Source: Dehalococcoidia bacterium
GTDB lineage: Bacteria; Chloroflexota; Dehalococcoidia; Plut-88900
Reading direction: 5' to 3'
DNA length: 64,000 nt
Assembly: GCA_965197585.1 (NCBI GenBank)
Contig: OZ240215.1
Location: forward strand, 32,001-96,000
A model generated the notes under the pieces. The model saw only the letters and a list, made by a program, of their open reading frames with translations. It was not told the DNA's origin and made no database searches. Shown here one piece after another: positions 48,409-59,061 of the stretch (position 1 is the first letter of the stretch; every line of letters begins with the position of its first letter). The position numbers and the translations under genes are program-made.

Positions 48409-51216
48409 TCATTGCGACTCCCCGTAGTACCACCGGTCTATAATCCCTCCGGCGGTATCGGCAAACCCGGGTGAGGCATCCTCAACGAAGGCCTTTCGCG
48501 CATAGCAAAGACCTCTTTCGACTCCGAAGCACTCATCATTGTGTTCTTCATTCCGCATCTTTAGGTACAGCCCGCCGAATCCTCTCCGGAACTCTTCGCC
48601 GCCCAGGCTGTTGTACAAGTCCGCATACAACCCCAGTCCCATCGTGTAACTGCACCGCGACCACCAAACCGTATCTTCATCAAGGCCTGGTCCGTACGTT
48701 AATTGGTCTAGTTCTCCCAGAGTCTTGGCCAGGCTACATCCCGTCTCACTCAGCGAATTCGCTGCTTGGTCAAGCTCGCCAATCACTATTTTAGCCATCA
48801 GCTCGGCTGCACCTTCTCGAATCCATGGAGGATAAAAGTTCCAATAGGTATGGCCAGCCTCATGGGCGATAAGCTCCGTGTCCTCCACGTATTCAGGATG
48901 GACATAGATGATCCCGCTGGGACCTCCCCCTCCCCTCGGCCCCTGCCCTTCTATCGCAACTATGGCTGCCACGTTACTGGGGTAGGCCACTTTCATAAAG
49001 GTCTCGTATTGGCGGACGACATCCTCCAGTATGGCTAGGGTGCGGAAAGTACCGGGCATACTGCGGAGTGTCGCTACCGTCATTTCACCGGCAAGCGGGA
49101 GCGTTATATTGCGTTCTTCCCGGTAAATTTGTTCTGGGTCCAGCAGTGAAGTCAACTTTTCTGGTGCCTTTTCTGCCACCGTAGCCAGTACCGCAATGAC
49201 TAGGGCGTCCTCATCAACAATGCCTTCGCTCAGAGATGGGTGGTTCAATACCTGTTGCAAGTGACCCCCGTCTCCGTCATGGTGCAGACTCGCCAACGCG
49301 GATACTGCTGCTGCATCCAGTGGATCAAACGCATCCAAAAACGGCATAGCCACTATTCTCAAAGTTGTGTCTACGTCCCGCTGGCTCCATGACTGTCCGG
49401 ATATGGATATCAGTCTGGAAATCGCATGTGCTTCTCCTTGGGTAATTCCATCCCATACCCAACGCTTTTCTATTATTGCCATAAAGACGGCATCGGTTTC
49501 TAAGGCCAGTTCAGTCAATGCCCAAACGGCATTGCCCTCAGATGCACCAAGCCCATCCTGGATCCAGGGCAGGGCCTCTATCGCTTTGTATTCTTCAGGT
49601 TGTCGTACCTTTACCTCCAGTAGTTGCACTGCTGAAATATTGTCATTTGAAATTCCTCCCGCCAGTGCCGGATCTGACAAAAATTCACGAAGCGATACTC
49701 CACTGTATTGTTCCAACTCGGCCAGTGTCCAAAGAACTTCTGAGTCATATGGGTCAATCTTGTCCAGGAACGGCATGTTCAGAAGTTGGACAGTCACTTG
49801 CGGATAGCTGCTGGTGAGGTTAAATAATGGGCCCATTGCGCTCAATTCCACGCTGCTCACGCCGTCTCGTACCCAGGACTTGGCTGTTAGTGCCAAAATA
49901 ACCTCCGGGGCCCGAGTGCCCATTTCGATCAAGCTATCCACAATGCTTGTCTCATGTTCTGTCGGGTCTGGATTGGCGCTTCCCCAATCCCTTGGTGGCA
50001 CGTAAGTAATCCCGTCCTGTACCCATGGCAGGCCGCTAATGGCAGTGCCTATCTCAGGGTTGGTCTGCTCAAGCTATAGAAGCGATACCTGGATAACAAG
50101 TTGATCTGTGATCCCATCCGCTAGAGTCGGGTGTGAGAGGACTTTTTGTAAGCTCTCTGGATTGTTTTGGGCCAATTCCTGTAAACGGCGCACGGTCTCC
50201 AGGTCTCCAAATTCAATGGTCTCCATGAATGGCATCGAGACCAAACAAATGACCGTGTTTTCATCGGACTTACTCCAGTCGACCAATCTCTCAAGCGTTG
50301 CGTTGTCGGCCCCTGTCTGCAAAGGTATCCAGGCGAGTTCACTGTCCATTAGGTGCCTGAATAATCCGTTTGAAGCAATGGCTGCTTGTACAAGAAGCCG
50401 CACGGTACCGTGCTCAAACTGATGGAGCCCATCCATGACCCAAGCTTGGGCAGCAATTTCGCTGGCCGCAGCTGGATTATTGAGTTCAAGGTAGATCAGT
50501 GGTATCGGCTTACTGTCTCCGGATTGCACCGAATCGTGAGTGAGGAATTCCACGAAACTCACCGGGTCCGACTGGGATAAGCCCGCCATGAATTGCATAG
50601 CGTCCTGGTCACTCCACTCAATGGTATCCAGGAACGGCAGACTCACCACTTTAATCGCTGCTGCCTCGTCCGGGATAATCATCCGATCCAGGTAAAGCAA
50701 TACTACGGGCTCAATGCCGCCTCGGTCGTCCCCTCCTTCCGTTATCCATGGCCGCTTCACCAGTTCACAATATGCCCAGGGGAACCGATGCCATAGCGTA
50801 GCGAGGACGCCCTCTTTATAGGGATGCGGGTCTGCTATTGCTACCTGTGCCGGGTTGCAAGGTGGGACAGGTGTAGGTATGGCGGTTGGTGTAGGTATTT
50901 GCGTCGGAGTAGCTGTCGGGGCAGGAATAGGTGTTGAAGTAGGAACAGCGGTGCTTGTGGGAATCGGCACAGGCGTAACCTCCGACACCGGAGATGCCTC
51001 AGGTGTCAGGCCGGCTTCCAATGTCGGCGTTGGGTCTTCGGTCGATGGCACTCTCTCAGTAGGTGACGGTGCTGTCGTAGTCGCTGTCGTAGTCGAGTCC
51101 GGGGTTGGAGTGCCTCGCGATGGAGCGCAAGCCCATATCAAAGCCAAGACAAGCAAAACTACCGATCCACTCCACACAATGCGGGGCCAGAATCCCGCCC
51201 TTCCACTCCCCTTCAT
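48409..51216 (-). pseudogene. Repeat lipoprotein with C-terminal HExxH metallopeptidase-like domain, interrupted by one in-frame TAG (50074-50076)
   Basis: ORFs 50074..51216 and 48409..50001 share a frame; the bridge LL*LEQTNPEIGTAISGLPWVQDGITYVPPR matches paralog ILDLEETAPDIAAAINAMAWVQDGLTYVPPR; HEAGH...WIREGAAE motif. Confidence 0.7.
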
Positions 51217-51308
51217 CTCGTCTCCCCGGCAATCGCCTGCCTGCCTACGCGTCTATCCAAATCTTGCCACCAATCCCTAACCATCCAAAGCCCCCAACCC
51301 CCCCTGCC

Positions 51309-52970
51309 TTACATCTGCTCGGGCGCCGACATGCCCATCAGCCTCAGGCACCGAGCCAGGACGGTTCGGGAGGCGGAGACCAGCTTGAGCCGAGCCTTGG
51401 AAAGCGGCAGGTCATCGCTGAGGACGCGGCACTTTTCGTAGAAGGAATGGAACAGGGCGGCCAGCTCCTGGGAATAGTGGGGCAGGTGCTGGGGCTCCAG
51501 TGTCTTGGCTATTAACTCCACCGTTTCGGGGAGCTTGAGCATCTGCCTGATTAGCATCATCTCCGACTCTTCGCCCAGCAAAGTGACATCCGCTTCCGAG
51601 AAGTCGATGCCCCGCTCATCGGCAATGCGTAGAATGCTGCACATGCGGGCGTGGGCGTACTGAAGGTAGTAGGCAGGATTATCGAGCGACTGGCTTTTCG
51701 CAAGCTCCAGGTCGAACTCCATCTGGCTGTCGGGGGAGCGTGAGAGGAAGAAGAAGCGGCACGGGTCTGCACCGACCTCCTCCACCACCTCTCGCAGCGT
51801 TACGATTGTCCCCCCGCGCTTGGACACCTTGTCGACTTGGCCGCCCCGTTTGAGGGAGACCATCTGGGATAGGAGGATGTCCAGATGGGAAGGATCGACA
51901 CCCAGGGCCCCGACCGCCGCCTTCATCCGGGAGACGTGACCCTGGTGGTCGGCGCCCCAGATGTTTATCACCCGGTCGAAACCCCTGGTGACGAACTTGT
52001 CGTAGTGATAGGCGATGTCGGAGGCGAAATAGGTCGGGTTGCCGCTTCCCCGGACGAGAACGTTGTCCTTGTCCTCGCCGAGAGCGGTGGAGACGAACCA
52101 CGTTGCGCCATCCTTGTCCCGGGTGTGGCCCTCGGAGGCGAGTCTTGCCATCGTCTCTCCGTACCGGCCTGAGTCGAAGAGGCTCTGCTCGCTGAACCAG
52201 ACGTCGTGGTGTACACCCACCTCTTCAAGATCCGTCCGTATGGAGTCCAGCATCTTTCGCAGGCCCAGGGCTCCCAACTCCCGTAAGGCGTCCTCCTCGA
52301 CCATGTCCCGGAACTTGTCGCCTTCTTCGGAAATCAATTCCTTGGCGAGATCTATGACGTATGCACCCACGTATCCGCCCGAGGGCATTTCGGCTTCTAT
52401 GCCGAACTCCTGGAGGTAGCGGGCATAGAGGGAGCGGTAGAAGAGGGTCATCTGGGTGCCGGCGTCGTTGATGTAGTATTCTTGCTCGACAGAGCTGCCG
52501 GCGGCCTGCAGTATTCGGGCAAGCGCACTTCCGAGCACCGCCCCCCGCCCGTGCCCCACGTGGAGCGGTCCGGTGGGATTGACGCTGACGTACTCCACCT
52601 GCACCCGGGCCCCTCGCCCCGCGTCAATGTTCCCGTATGAGTCCCCAGCTTCGACTATGGCGTTGATCTGGGCCTTTAGCCAGTCTGCTTTCAGCAGAAA
52701 GTTGATGAATCCCGGCCGGGCCAGGGTCACGCTCTCTATCTCCTCCGAGGAATCGAGATTGTCGAGGAGGTGCTGTGCGATAACCAGGGGACTCATGCCC
52801 GCACCCCGTGCCAGCTTCAGTGGAGCGGTGACGGCATAGTCGCCGTGCTCTGGCTTTTGGGGTCTTTCAACGACAGTTTCCGGGAGTGTGATCTGGGGCA
52901 GGACACCCTTGTCCTGGGCCTTCTGGGAGGCCTCTCTGATCATCGCGTCTATTTTGTCTCTGATAGTCAT
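51309..52970 (-). CDS. argS: Arginine--tRNA ligase
   Basis: HGDYA, PGFINF, EYVSVNPTGPLHVGHGRG, WGADH, YYLQYAHAR, APEQM; start at MTIRDK (52970). Confidence 0.97.
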   Translation of the reverse strand: MTIRDKIDAMIREASQKAQDKGVLPQITLPETVVERPQKPEHGDYAVTAPLKLARGAGMSPLVIAQHLLDNLDSSEEIESVTLARPGFINFLLKADWLKAQINAIVEAGDSYGNIDAGRGARVQVEYVSVNPTGPLHVGHGRGAVLGSALARILQAAGSSVEQEYYINDAGTQMTLFYRSLYARYLQEFGIEAEMPSGGYVGAYVIDLAKELISEEGDKFRDMVEEDALRELGALGLRKMLDSIRTDLEEVGVHHDVWFSEQSLFDSGRYGETMARLASEGHTRDKDGATWFVSTALGEDKDNVLVRGSGNPTYFASDIAYHYDKFVTRGFDRVINIWGADHQGHVSRMKAAVGALGVDPSHLDILLSQMVSLKRGGQVDKVSKRGGTIVTLREVVEEVGADPCRFFFLSRSPDSQMEFDLELAKSQSLDNPAYYLQYAHARMCSILRIADERGIDFSEADVTLLGEESEMMLIRQMLKLPETVELIAKTLEPQHLPHYSQELAALFHSFYEKCRVLSDDLPLSKARLKLVSASRTVLARCLRLMGMSAPEQM

Positions 52971-53008
52971 TCGAGCCGCCTCTGCTGCTAGGAAACCGAG
53001 ATTATACC

Positions 53009-55444
53009 CTAAGCCTCGGTTCCGCCAATTGCCCACGTGGGCCCGAGCCGCTCCAGTTCGGCCGCCAATGTCTTGTGCTCGGGCAGTTCCAGGTACGGGT
53101 CCCGACCCATAGCCTGCTCGGCTTCCAGCCTCGCCATTTCCAGTAGAGCGGTGTCGCTCAGTCGAGCCATGCGGAGGTCGGGGAGGCCGCTCTGACGCGT
53201 GCCGAAGAACTCGCCGGGGCCCCGCAGCCGAAGGTCCTCCTCGGCAAGCACGAAGCCATCCAGGGTTCGGGTCATAAGATCGAGACGCTCCCGGGCCTCT
53301 TCTGAAGGCTGATCGGACAGGAGCAGGCAATAGCTCTGGTCGGGGCCCCGACCTACGCGGCCCCGGAACTGGTGCAACTGGGACAATCCGAAACGTTCAG
53401 CGCCCTCTATCATCATCACCGAGGCATTCGGCACGTCGATCCCGACCTCTACAACGGCAGTCGAGACAAGTATGTCCAGTTCGCCCCGGCGAAAGGAGTC
53501 CATTACCTCGTCCTTGTCGGCTGGGTTCATGCGGCCGTGAAGCAATCCAAGGCGAAGTTCCCGAAATACGTCCTCGGACAGCCACTCGTACTCCTTGGTA
53601 GCGGCCCGGGTCTGGAGCGCCTCCGACTCCTCGACCAATGGACAAATGACAAACGCCTGCCGTTCCTTCTGCACCTGCTGTCTAACAAAATCGTAAGCTA
53701 GGTTCCTCTGGTGGGGCTTGACCCACTTGGTCTCTATCGGGAGCCTGCCGGGGGGCATCTCGTCTAGGATAGTCAGGTCAAGATCGCCATACAGGGTGAG
53801 AGCGAGTGTACGAGGGATGGGGGTGGCTGTCATGACCAGGAGGTGAGGGCTCGCTCCCTTCTGTCGGAGGGCGGCGCGCTGCATTACGCCGAAGCGGTGC
53901 TGCTCGTCTACGACGATGAGGGCCAGGTCCCTAAACTCGACCCCCTTCTGGATCAGGGCCTGAGTCCCGACCACTATGTCTATGTGGCCCTCCTCTATCA
54001 TCCTGTGCACTTCCCGCTTGGCCCCCTGCCGGATGTCCCCGATGAGAAGCCCAACCCTGATTGGCCTATCGAAAAACGAGTCGAAGGACTGGACCACTTC
54101 GTTTCCCCAGCCGAGACCTGGCTCCTTGCCCAGCAGCCCGCAAATGGTGCGGAAGTGCTGTTCGGCGAGTATCTCCGTGGGGACCATGATCGCACCCTGG
54201 GCCCCGTTAGCAACGGCCTGGAGTAATGCGCCCGTAGCTACAACGGTTTTCCCACTCCCAACATCTCCCTGGAGAAGGCGCGCCATTGGCCGAGGGCCTT
54301 GCATGTCCCCGGTGACCTGCTCCAGGGCGCTTGACTGGGCGTTGGTCAGGGGAAATGGTAAGGAATCGACGAAGCTTTGCGTGAGGGCGGAGTCTATAGG
54401 AATGGGTCTGGCCTCTTGGCCGAGTTGCCAATCTCGCTTTTTTGTGAGTACGCGCAGCTGAATGAGGAAGAGCTCGTCGAAGGCGAGGCGCGTACGCGCT
54501 CTCTCCTTTGACTCTTCGTCGTCCGGGTAGTGGGCCTGGGTGAGCGCCTCTCGGATGCCGAGTAAGTCTCGGCGGCGCATGAGGTCCTCATGCAGGACTT
54601 CGGACACCTTGCTCAGGGATAGATCGAGGGCTCGGCGGACAAGGCTTCGGACGGACCTCTGGTAAAGGCCGTCGGAGAGCGGGTAGATGGGTACCATGCG
54701 GCCCGTATGAGTGCGGTTATTCTCCGAAATTATTTCATGCTCAGGGTTCTCGAAGACCTTCCGGCCTCGGAATACCTTCACCTTGCCCCCGACTGCGATG
54801 CGCTGGTTCGGCTTAAGGGATCGGGCTAACCAGGTGTTGTTGAACCAGACGGCCTTGATGTTGCCGGTGTCGTCCCCGATGATCACCTCGGTTCCCTGCG
54901 CCCGGGGCCCGAGCCTGACCAGAGAAGCCTCCCAAATGAATCCCGTGGCCGTCTGGTCTTCGCCCGGGACCAGGTTGGCAATGGGGCTGGTGGTACGGAA
55001 GTCGAGGTGCCGGTTGGGGAAGTGATAGATAAGGTCCCTCACCGTCGTCACTCCCAGCTTCGCGAACCTCTTGGCGGTCGCGTCCTGGACTCCCTTGAGG
55101 ACGGTTATCGGAGAGCCGAGTTGCGGAGTCTCCTCTTTGGGAGCGGGCTTTGGTTGACTGGACTTCGCTTTGGCTGCAGGAGTTCTAGCCCTAGCCTTGC
55201 TTGGTGGCCGTTCCGGGGACGGTGTGGGCGACCCCGATAATTTTGCCAGGGTGGCCTCAATCCAACGCTTACGCTCCGACTGTTCCAAGCCTTCGTAGCT
55301 GTCGGGTAGAGAGAACTCACACGGACCGTCTCCGCGCCATTTGTCCAGGAAGGCGTCTAGCCCACCGACAACGGCTTTATCGGTGAAGCCGCGTTGGCGC
55401 TCCAATGCCAATACCTTCTTCAGGGTCTCCAGTCCCTGCTGCAT
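53009..55444 (-). CDS. recG: ATP-dependent DNA helicase RecG
   Basis: RLLQGDVGSGKT, DEQHRFGV, MTATPIPRTL, QLHQFRGRVGRG. Confidence 0.97.
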   Translation of the reverse strand: MQQGLETLKKVLALERQRGFTDKAVVGGLDAFLDKWRGDGPCEFSLPDSYEGLEQSERKRWIEATLAKLSGSPTPSPERPPSKARARTPAAKAKSSQPKPAPKEETPQLGSPITVLKGVQDATAKRFAKLGVTTVRDLIYHFPNRHLDFRTTSPIANLVPGEDQTATGFIWEASLVRLGPRAQGTEVIIGDDTGNIKAVWFNNTWLARSLKPNQRIAVGGKVKVFRGRKVFENPEHEIISENNRTHTGRMVPIYPLSDGLYQRSVRSLVRRALDLSLSKVSEVLHEDLMRRRDLLGIREALTQAHYPDDEESKERARTRLAFDELFLIQLRVLTKKRDWQLGQEARPIPIDSALTQSFVDSLPFPLTNAQSSALEQVTGDMQGPRPMARLLQGDVGSGKTVVATGALLQAVANGAQGAIMVPTEILAEQHFRTICGLLGKEPGLGWGNEVVQSFDSFFDRPIRVGLLIGDIRQGAKREVHRMIEEGHIDIVVGTQALIQKGVEFRDLALIVVDEQHRFGVMQRAALRQKGASPHLLVMTATPIPRTLALTLYGDLDLTILDEMPPGRLPIETKWVKPHQRNLAYDFVRQQVQKERQAFVICPLVEESEALQTRAATKEYEWLSEDVFRELRLGLLHGRMNPADKDEVMDSFRRGELDILVSTAVVEVGIDVPNASVMMIEGAERFGLSQLHQFRGRVGRGPDQSYCLLLSDQPSEEARERLDLMTRTLDGFVLAEEDLRLRGPGEFFGTRQSGLPDLRMARLSDTALLEMARLEAEQAMGRDPYLELPEHKTLAAELERLGPTWAIGGTEA

Positions 55445-55474
55445 GGTCCGGCTATTGCGCCGTCAAGGACCTCT

Positions 55475-56329
55475 CTAGCCCGTGGTGAATACCAGGCCCA
55501 GCGCACCGGGCCCAATGTGAGTGCCGAGGACCGGGCCGAATCGGGAGAGAACGAGGTTGTCGGGGCTTACGAGAGGTCGCAGGCTCTCCAATACGGACTC
55601 GGCTTCCTGGCGGTTGGTGCTGTAGGCAACTCCCGCCATTGTAATGTCGGACGCACTACTGGCTTCAGTGATGAGCCGGTCGAGCCCCTTTTGCCGGGTG
55701 CGGACGCGGGTGAGTGGGTGGACCTCTCCGCCTCTGACCTCTACGATGGGAATGACTTTGAAGATGGCGAGGGGTCGGAGAGAGTTTCCGAGATAAGCCT
55801 GTACCTTGCCGATCCTGCCACCCTTCGCCAAGTACTCTAAAGTCTCAAGAAGGGCGAAGGTACGGGTCTCCGGCATCATCTTGGACACCAGTTGCTGCAG
55901 GTCTTCCATGGAAGCGCCGTCCCTCGCGGCCCGGGCGGCTGCCATGGCTATGCATCCCAGGCCCATGGACACCTGTAGAGAGTCCACAACCTGAATATTG
56001 CAACTCCCATCCATCTCAGACGCAGCCAACCGGGCCGAGTTGTAGGTCTGGCTCAGCTTGCCTGAGATATGGATCGAGAGTATCTCATCGGTGTCTTTCG
56101 CCACTTCCTTGTAGGCCTCGGCGAAAGCGCCTGCGGAGGGCTGGGAAGTAGTTGGCAGCTTGTCTGATGCTATGAGCTTTTTGTAGAACTCGTCAGTGCT
56201 CAGGTCGACTCCGTCCCTGTACCCCGTATCGCCGAAATTAACGGTCAGGGGCACGACGGTGATGTCCAAATCCCGGCAGATCTCAGGCGGGAGGTCGGAG
56301 GTGCTGTCGGTAACGATTCTTACGCTCAT
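55475..56329 (-). CDS. DegV family fatty-acid-binding protein (FakB)
   Basis: IVTDSTSDLP, PTTSQPS, YLAKGGRIG, GTHIGPG. Confidence 0.94.
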   Translation of the reverse strand: MSVRIVTDSTSDLPPEICRDLDITVVPLTVNFGDTGYRDGVDLSTDEFYKKLIASDKLPTTSQPSAGAFAEAYKEVAKDTDEILSIHISGKLSQTYNSARLAASEMDGSCNIQVVDSLQVSMGLGCIAMAAARAARDGASMEDLQQLVSKMMPETRTFALLETLEYLAKGGRIGKVQAYLGNSLRPLAIFKVIPIVEVRGGEVHPLTRVRTRQKGLDRLITEASSASDITMAGVAYSTNRQEAESVLESLRPLVSPDNLVLSRFGPVLGTHIGPGALGLVFTTG

Positions 56330-56382
56330 TTTCTACCCTGCCCTTGATTTATTGGAACCAAGGGAAAGCCTCGCTTCCCCTG

Positions 56383-58074
56383 CTATTCCAGCGAAACAAT
56401 GAACTGGTAGTGGGGTTGTCCCCCATACATCATGTCCACTTCCAGGAAAGATGCGGCCTCTTCGAAGGCCATTACTAGCCGGGCCTGCTGGTCTTCCGTA
56501 ACGCCTTCACCGCAGTATACGGTGGCCAGGGAGAGGTCCATCGACTCTAACCTCGTCGCAAGCATGCGGACCACGTCTTCCGGCTCGGGGCACGCTACAG
56601 TCAGTTCCCCGTCAAGAATGCCGATTGCGTCTCCCTTGCGGACGGGGATGCCGTCGACGGAGGTGGACCTTACGGCACGGGAAATCTCCAGCGAGTATAC
56701 ACCGTCCAGCGCCTGCTGCATCGACTCCACGTTGTCATCCAAAGGCTCGGTGACGTTAAACGCGAGGACCCCCGCGACCCCCTGAGGGACGTTGGTTGTG
56801 GGTACTACCTCAACTTGCTTGGAAGACACCTCTGCGGCTTTGCGTGCGGTCAGCACTACATTCTTGTTGTTAGGCAGCACTATGACTGACTCCGCATGTA
56901 GAGACTCGACTGCCTCAAGTATCTGCCCGACACTCGGGTTCATCGATTGCCCACCCGGCACAAAGGCCCCAACGCCCAGGCTGGAAAATACTTCCTCAAT
57001 CCCGGGCCCAGGTACTACGGCAACAATTCCAATGTCCGGTGCTATCTCCTTTGAAGGGGCCCGAAGCCAATCGGCGTGCTGCTCGTCCATGTCCTGAACG
57101 CTTACCTGGGACACCTCCCCGAAGGCCATGCACAGCTCTACCACCTCATCTGGGGCGAAGCTGTGTGTGTGGACGCGGACCAGTTCTCGTTCTCCCACCA
57201 CCACGGTCGACTGGCCTACCCTGCCGACCGCCGCCCTGATTTGCGCCGAGTCCAGCCCCTGACCCCGAATAATGAACTGTGTGCAGTTGCCGTAGACCTG
57301 CTCCGTGGGTGCACTGCTCGCCACTACAGACACCCTGGCTATTGCATCCCCATTCAGGGCGGCGGGCGCTTCCCCCAGGGGTTGGTTGGTGAGGCCTTTC
57401 AATGCTCCTTCCAGGATAAGGAACACTCCCTGGCCGCCGGCATCGACGACACCGGCCTCCTTGAGTACGGGAAGTAGGTCGGGGGTGCGCAGAACGGAAG
57501 CCTCGGCCTCCCGGACTGCGTCGCCGAGCACGTCTTCGAGATTGCTGCCCGCGTTGGCAGCGGTCTCCGCTGCCCGCGCCGTATCCTTGATAACCGTCAA
57601 CATAGTCCCCTCGACCGGGCTCTCGACGCCCTTGTACGCGGACTCGGTTGCCAACGCAAGGCTGCGGGCAAGAGTCTGCCCGTCCAGCTCGCCGGCCCCG
57701 TCGATCCCATCGGCGAAGCCTCGGAGAATCTGGGACAATATAACCCCGCTGTTGCCCCGGGCCTCCATAAGGGCGCCCCAGGCGAGGGCGCGGGCCTGGG
57801 GGCCGAGGGTGGGGTCGGGGCACTCCTCGGCGGCCTTGTAGGCTGCCCGAAGGGTAAAGAGCATGTTAGTGCCTGTGTCGCCGTCGGGGACTGGAAAGAC
57901 GTTCAGAGAGTCGACGTAAGGTGCGTTAGCCGCAAGCCAGCGCGTTGCGGCATCAAACATCCTGAGGAGAGGGGATGCGTCGTCCACGCCTGAGTCTCGG
58001 CGGGCGCTTTTGGTCTTATTGGAGGAGGTCATCTGCGCTTGGGCAAGGGCTTTCAGATTGAAAATCTGGGACAT
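56383..58074 (-). CDS. DAK2 domain protein (fatty acid kinase FakA); true start may be 58032
   Basis: LNVFPVPDGDTGTNM, ARGNSGVILSQ, PVEGTMLTV, VVDAGG, GGQSMNPS, GGQPHY. Confidence 0.93.
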   Translation of the reverse strand: MSQIFNLKALAQAQMTSSNKTKSARRDSGVDDASPLLRMFDAATRWLAANAPYVDSLNVFPVPDGDTGTNMLFTLRAAYKAAEECPDPTLGPQARALAWGALMEARGNSGVILSQILRGFADGIDGAGELDGQTLARSLALATESAYKGVESPVEGTMLTVIKDTARAAETAANAGSNLEDVLGDAVREAEASVLRTPDLLPVLKEAGVVDAGGQGVFLILEGALKGLTNQPLGEAPAALNGDAIARVSVVASSAPTEQVYGNCTQFIIRGQGLDSAQIRAAVGRVGQSTVVVGERELVRVHTHSFAPDEVVELCMAFGEVSQVSVQDMDEQHADWLRAPSKEIAPDIGIVAVVPGPGIEEVFSSLGVGAFVPGGQSMNPSVGQILEAVESLHAESVIVLPNNKNVVLTARKAAEVSSKQVEVVPTTNVPQGVAGVLAFNVTEPLDDNVESMQQALDGVYSLEISRAVRSTSVDGIPVRKGDAIGILDGELTVACPEPEDVVRMLATRLESMDLSLATVYCGEGVTEDQQARLVMAFEEAASFLEVDMMYGGQPHYQFIVSLE

Positions 58075-58120
58075 TTATGCTAACGTGATGGGTACTGATT
58101 CTACACTAAAGGCGATTAAA

Positions 58121-58306
58121 TTGGCGAAGTGCGAAATATGTAACAAGATTCCCCGCTTCGGCAGGAACGTAAGCCACTCCAAAAGGCACACGCCCCGGAT
58201 GTACAGGCCGAACGTTCACCCCGTGCGGCTGATGATAAATGGCAAGCGGCAGCGGATGAAGGTCTGCACCCGTTGCCTCAGGACCCAGTACAAGCAAGCA
58301 TCTTGA
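58121..58306 (+). CDS. rpmB: 50S ribosomal protein L28 (Zn-binding CxxC form)
   Basis: TTG start; KCEICNK..RFGRNVSHSKRHT.R...PN...VCTRCLR. Confidence 0.96.
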   Translation: MAKCEICNKIPRFGRNVSHSKRHTPRMYRPNVHPVRLMINGKRQRMKVCTRCLRTQYKQAS

Positions 58307-59061
58307 CTTTGTCTGCCCTCCTCCGCCGACGCACGGTTGCGCCTGCTGTGGCGTTGTTCTTCTGCGCGCTTGTCGTTGGAGCTGCTTGGGCCTGCGGCGG
58401 ATCAACCGATTCTCCCGACCCCACTGCCACCCAGGCCCCGTCTGCCACCACCGCGCCGGATGCCGACCCTGACCCCACATCCGAGCCCGCTGCCACACCG
58501 ACTGCCTTATCGGTGATCACTCTTGACCCTGATGGCAGGGGATGGAATGTCCTCGGCTCGGCGGACGCGTCAGTCACCGTCCTGGACTATAGTGACTTCC
58601 AATGACCCGGCTGTAGGCGCTGGGCCCTTGGAACGGCCCAGGAGATCAAATCGACCTACGTGGACGACGGCAGGGTCAAGGTGGAATACCGCCATTACGC
58701 CGTCCTGGGTCCCGAATCGCGCCTGATGGCTCAAGGCACCGAGTGTGCGGGTGAGCAGGGTGAATTCTGGAAATATCACGACGCGATATTCCAGGAGCGG
58801 ACCAGGGAGATAGGCGTCCAGGGGCAAATAGCTCGTGCCAATACCATCGGCTTGGACATTCCCAAGTTCACCGCCTGCATGGAAAACGAGACCTATGAGC
58901 ACATTGTCGACGGGGACTTGGCTCAGGCTCGAGAGGATGGCGTAACCACCCAGCCCACCATCTTCATCCTGAGCGGCGACCAGATGACGAAGTTCGTCGG
59001 GGCACGCGCCTTCGACGTGGTTTCCGCAGTCATAGACGAATACCTGGGCTCCGCGTACTAG
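58303..59061 (+). CDS. DsbA/thioredoxin-fold lipoprotein, predicted selenoprotein (UPGC; TGA 58603-58605)
   Basis: Read-through gives LGSADASVTVLDYSDFQ-U-PGCRRW...YVDDGRVKVEYRHY...ECAGEQGEFWKYHD...GVTTQPTIFI, one uninterrupted DsbA domain; TTG start overlaps the rpmB stop (start site inferred). Confidence 0.88.
58620..58641 (+). promoter_or_regulatory. Putative bacterial SECIS element 1
   Basis: CTGGGCC-CTTGGAAC-GGCCCAG, 7-bp stem with a GG-containing loop; TGGGCC starts 15 nt after the TGA. Confidence 0.7.

Noticed and set aside
50074-50076. Pyrrolysine read-through
   Set aside because: No pyl genes or methylamine methyltransferase in the window, the site is non-catalytic, and TAG is a normal stop elsewhere.
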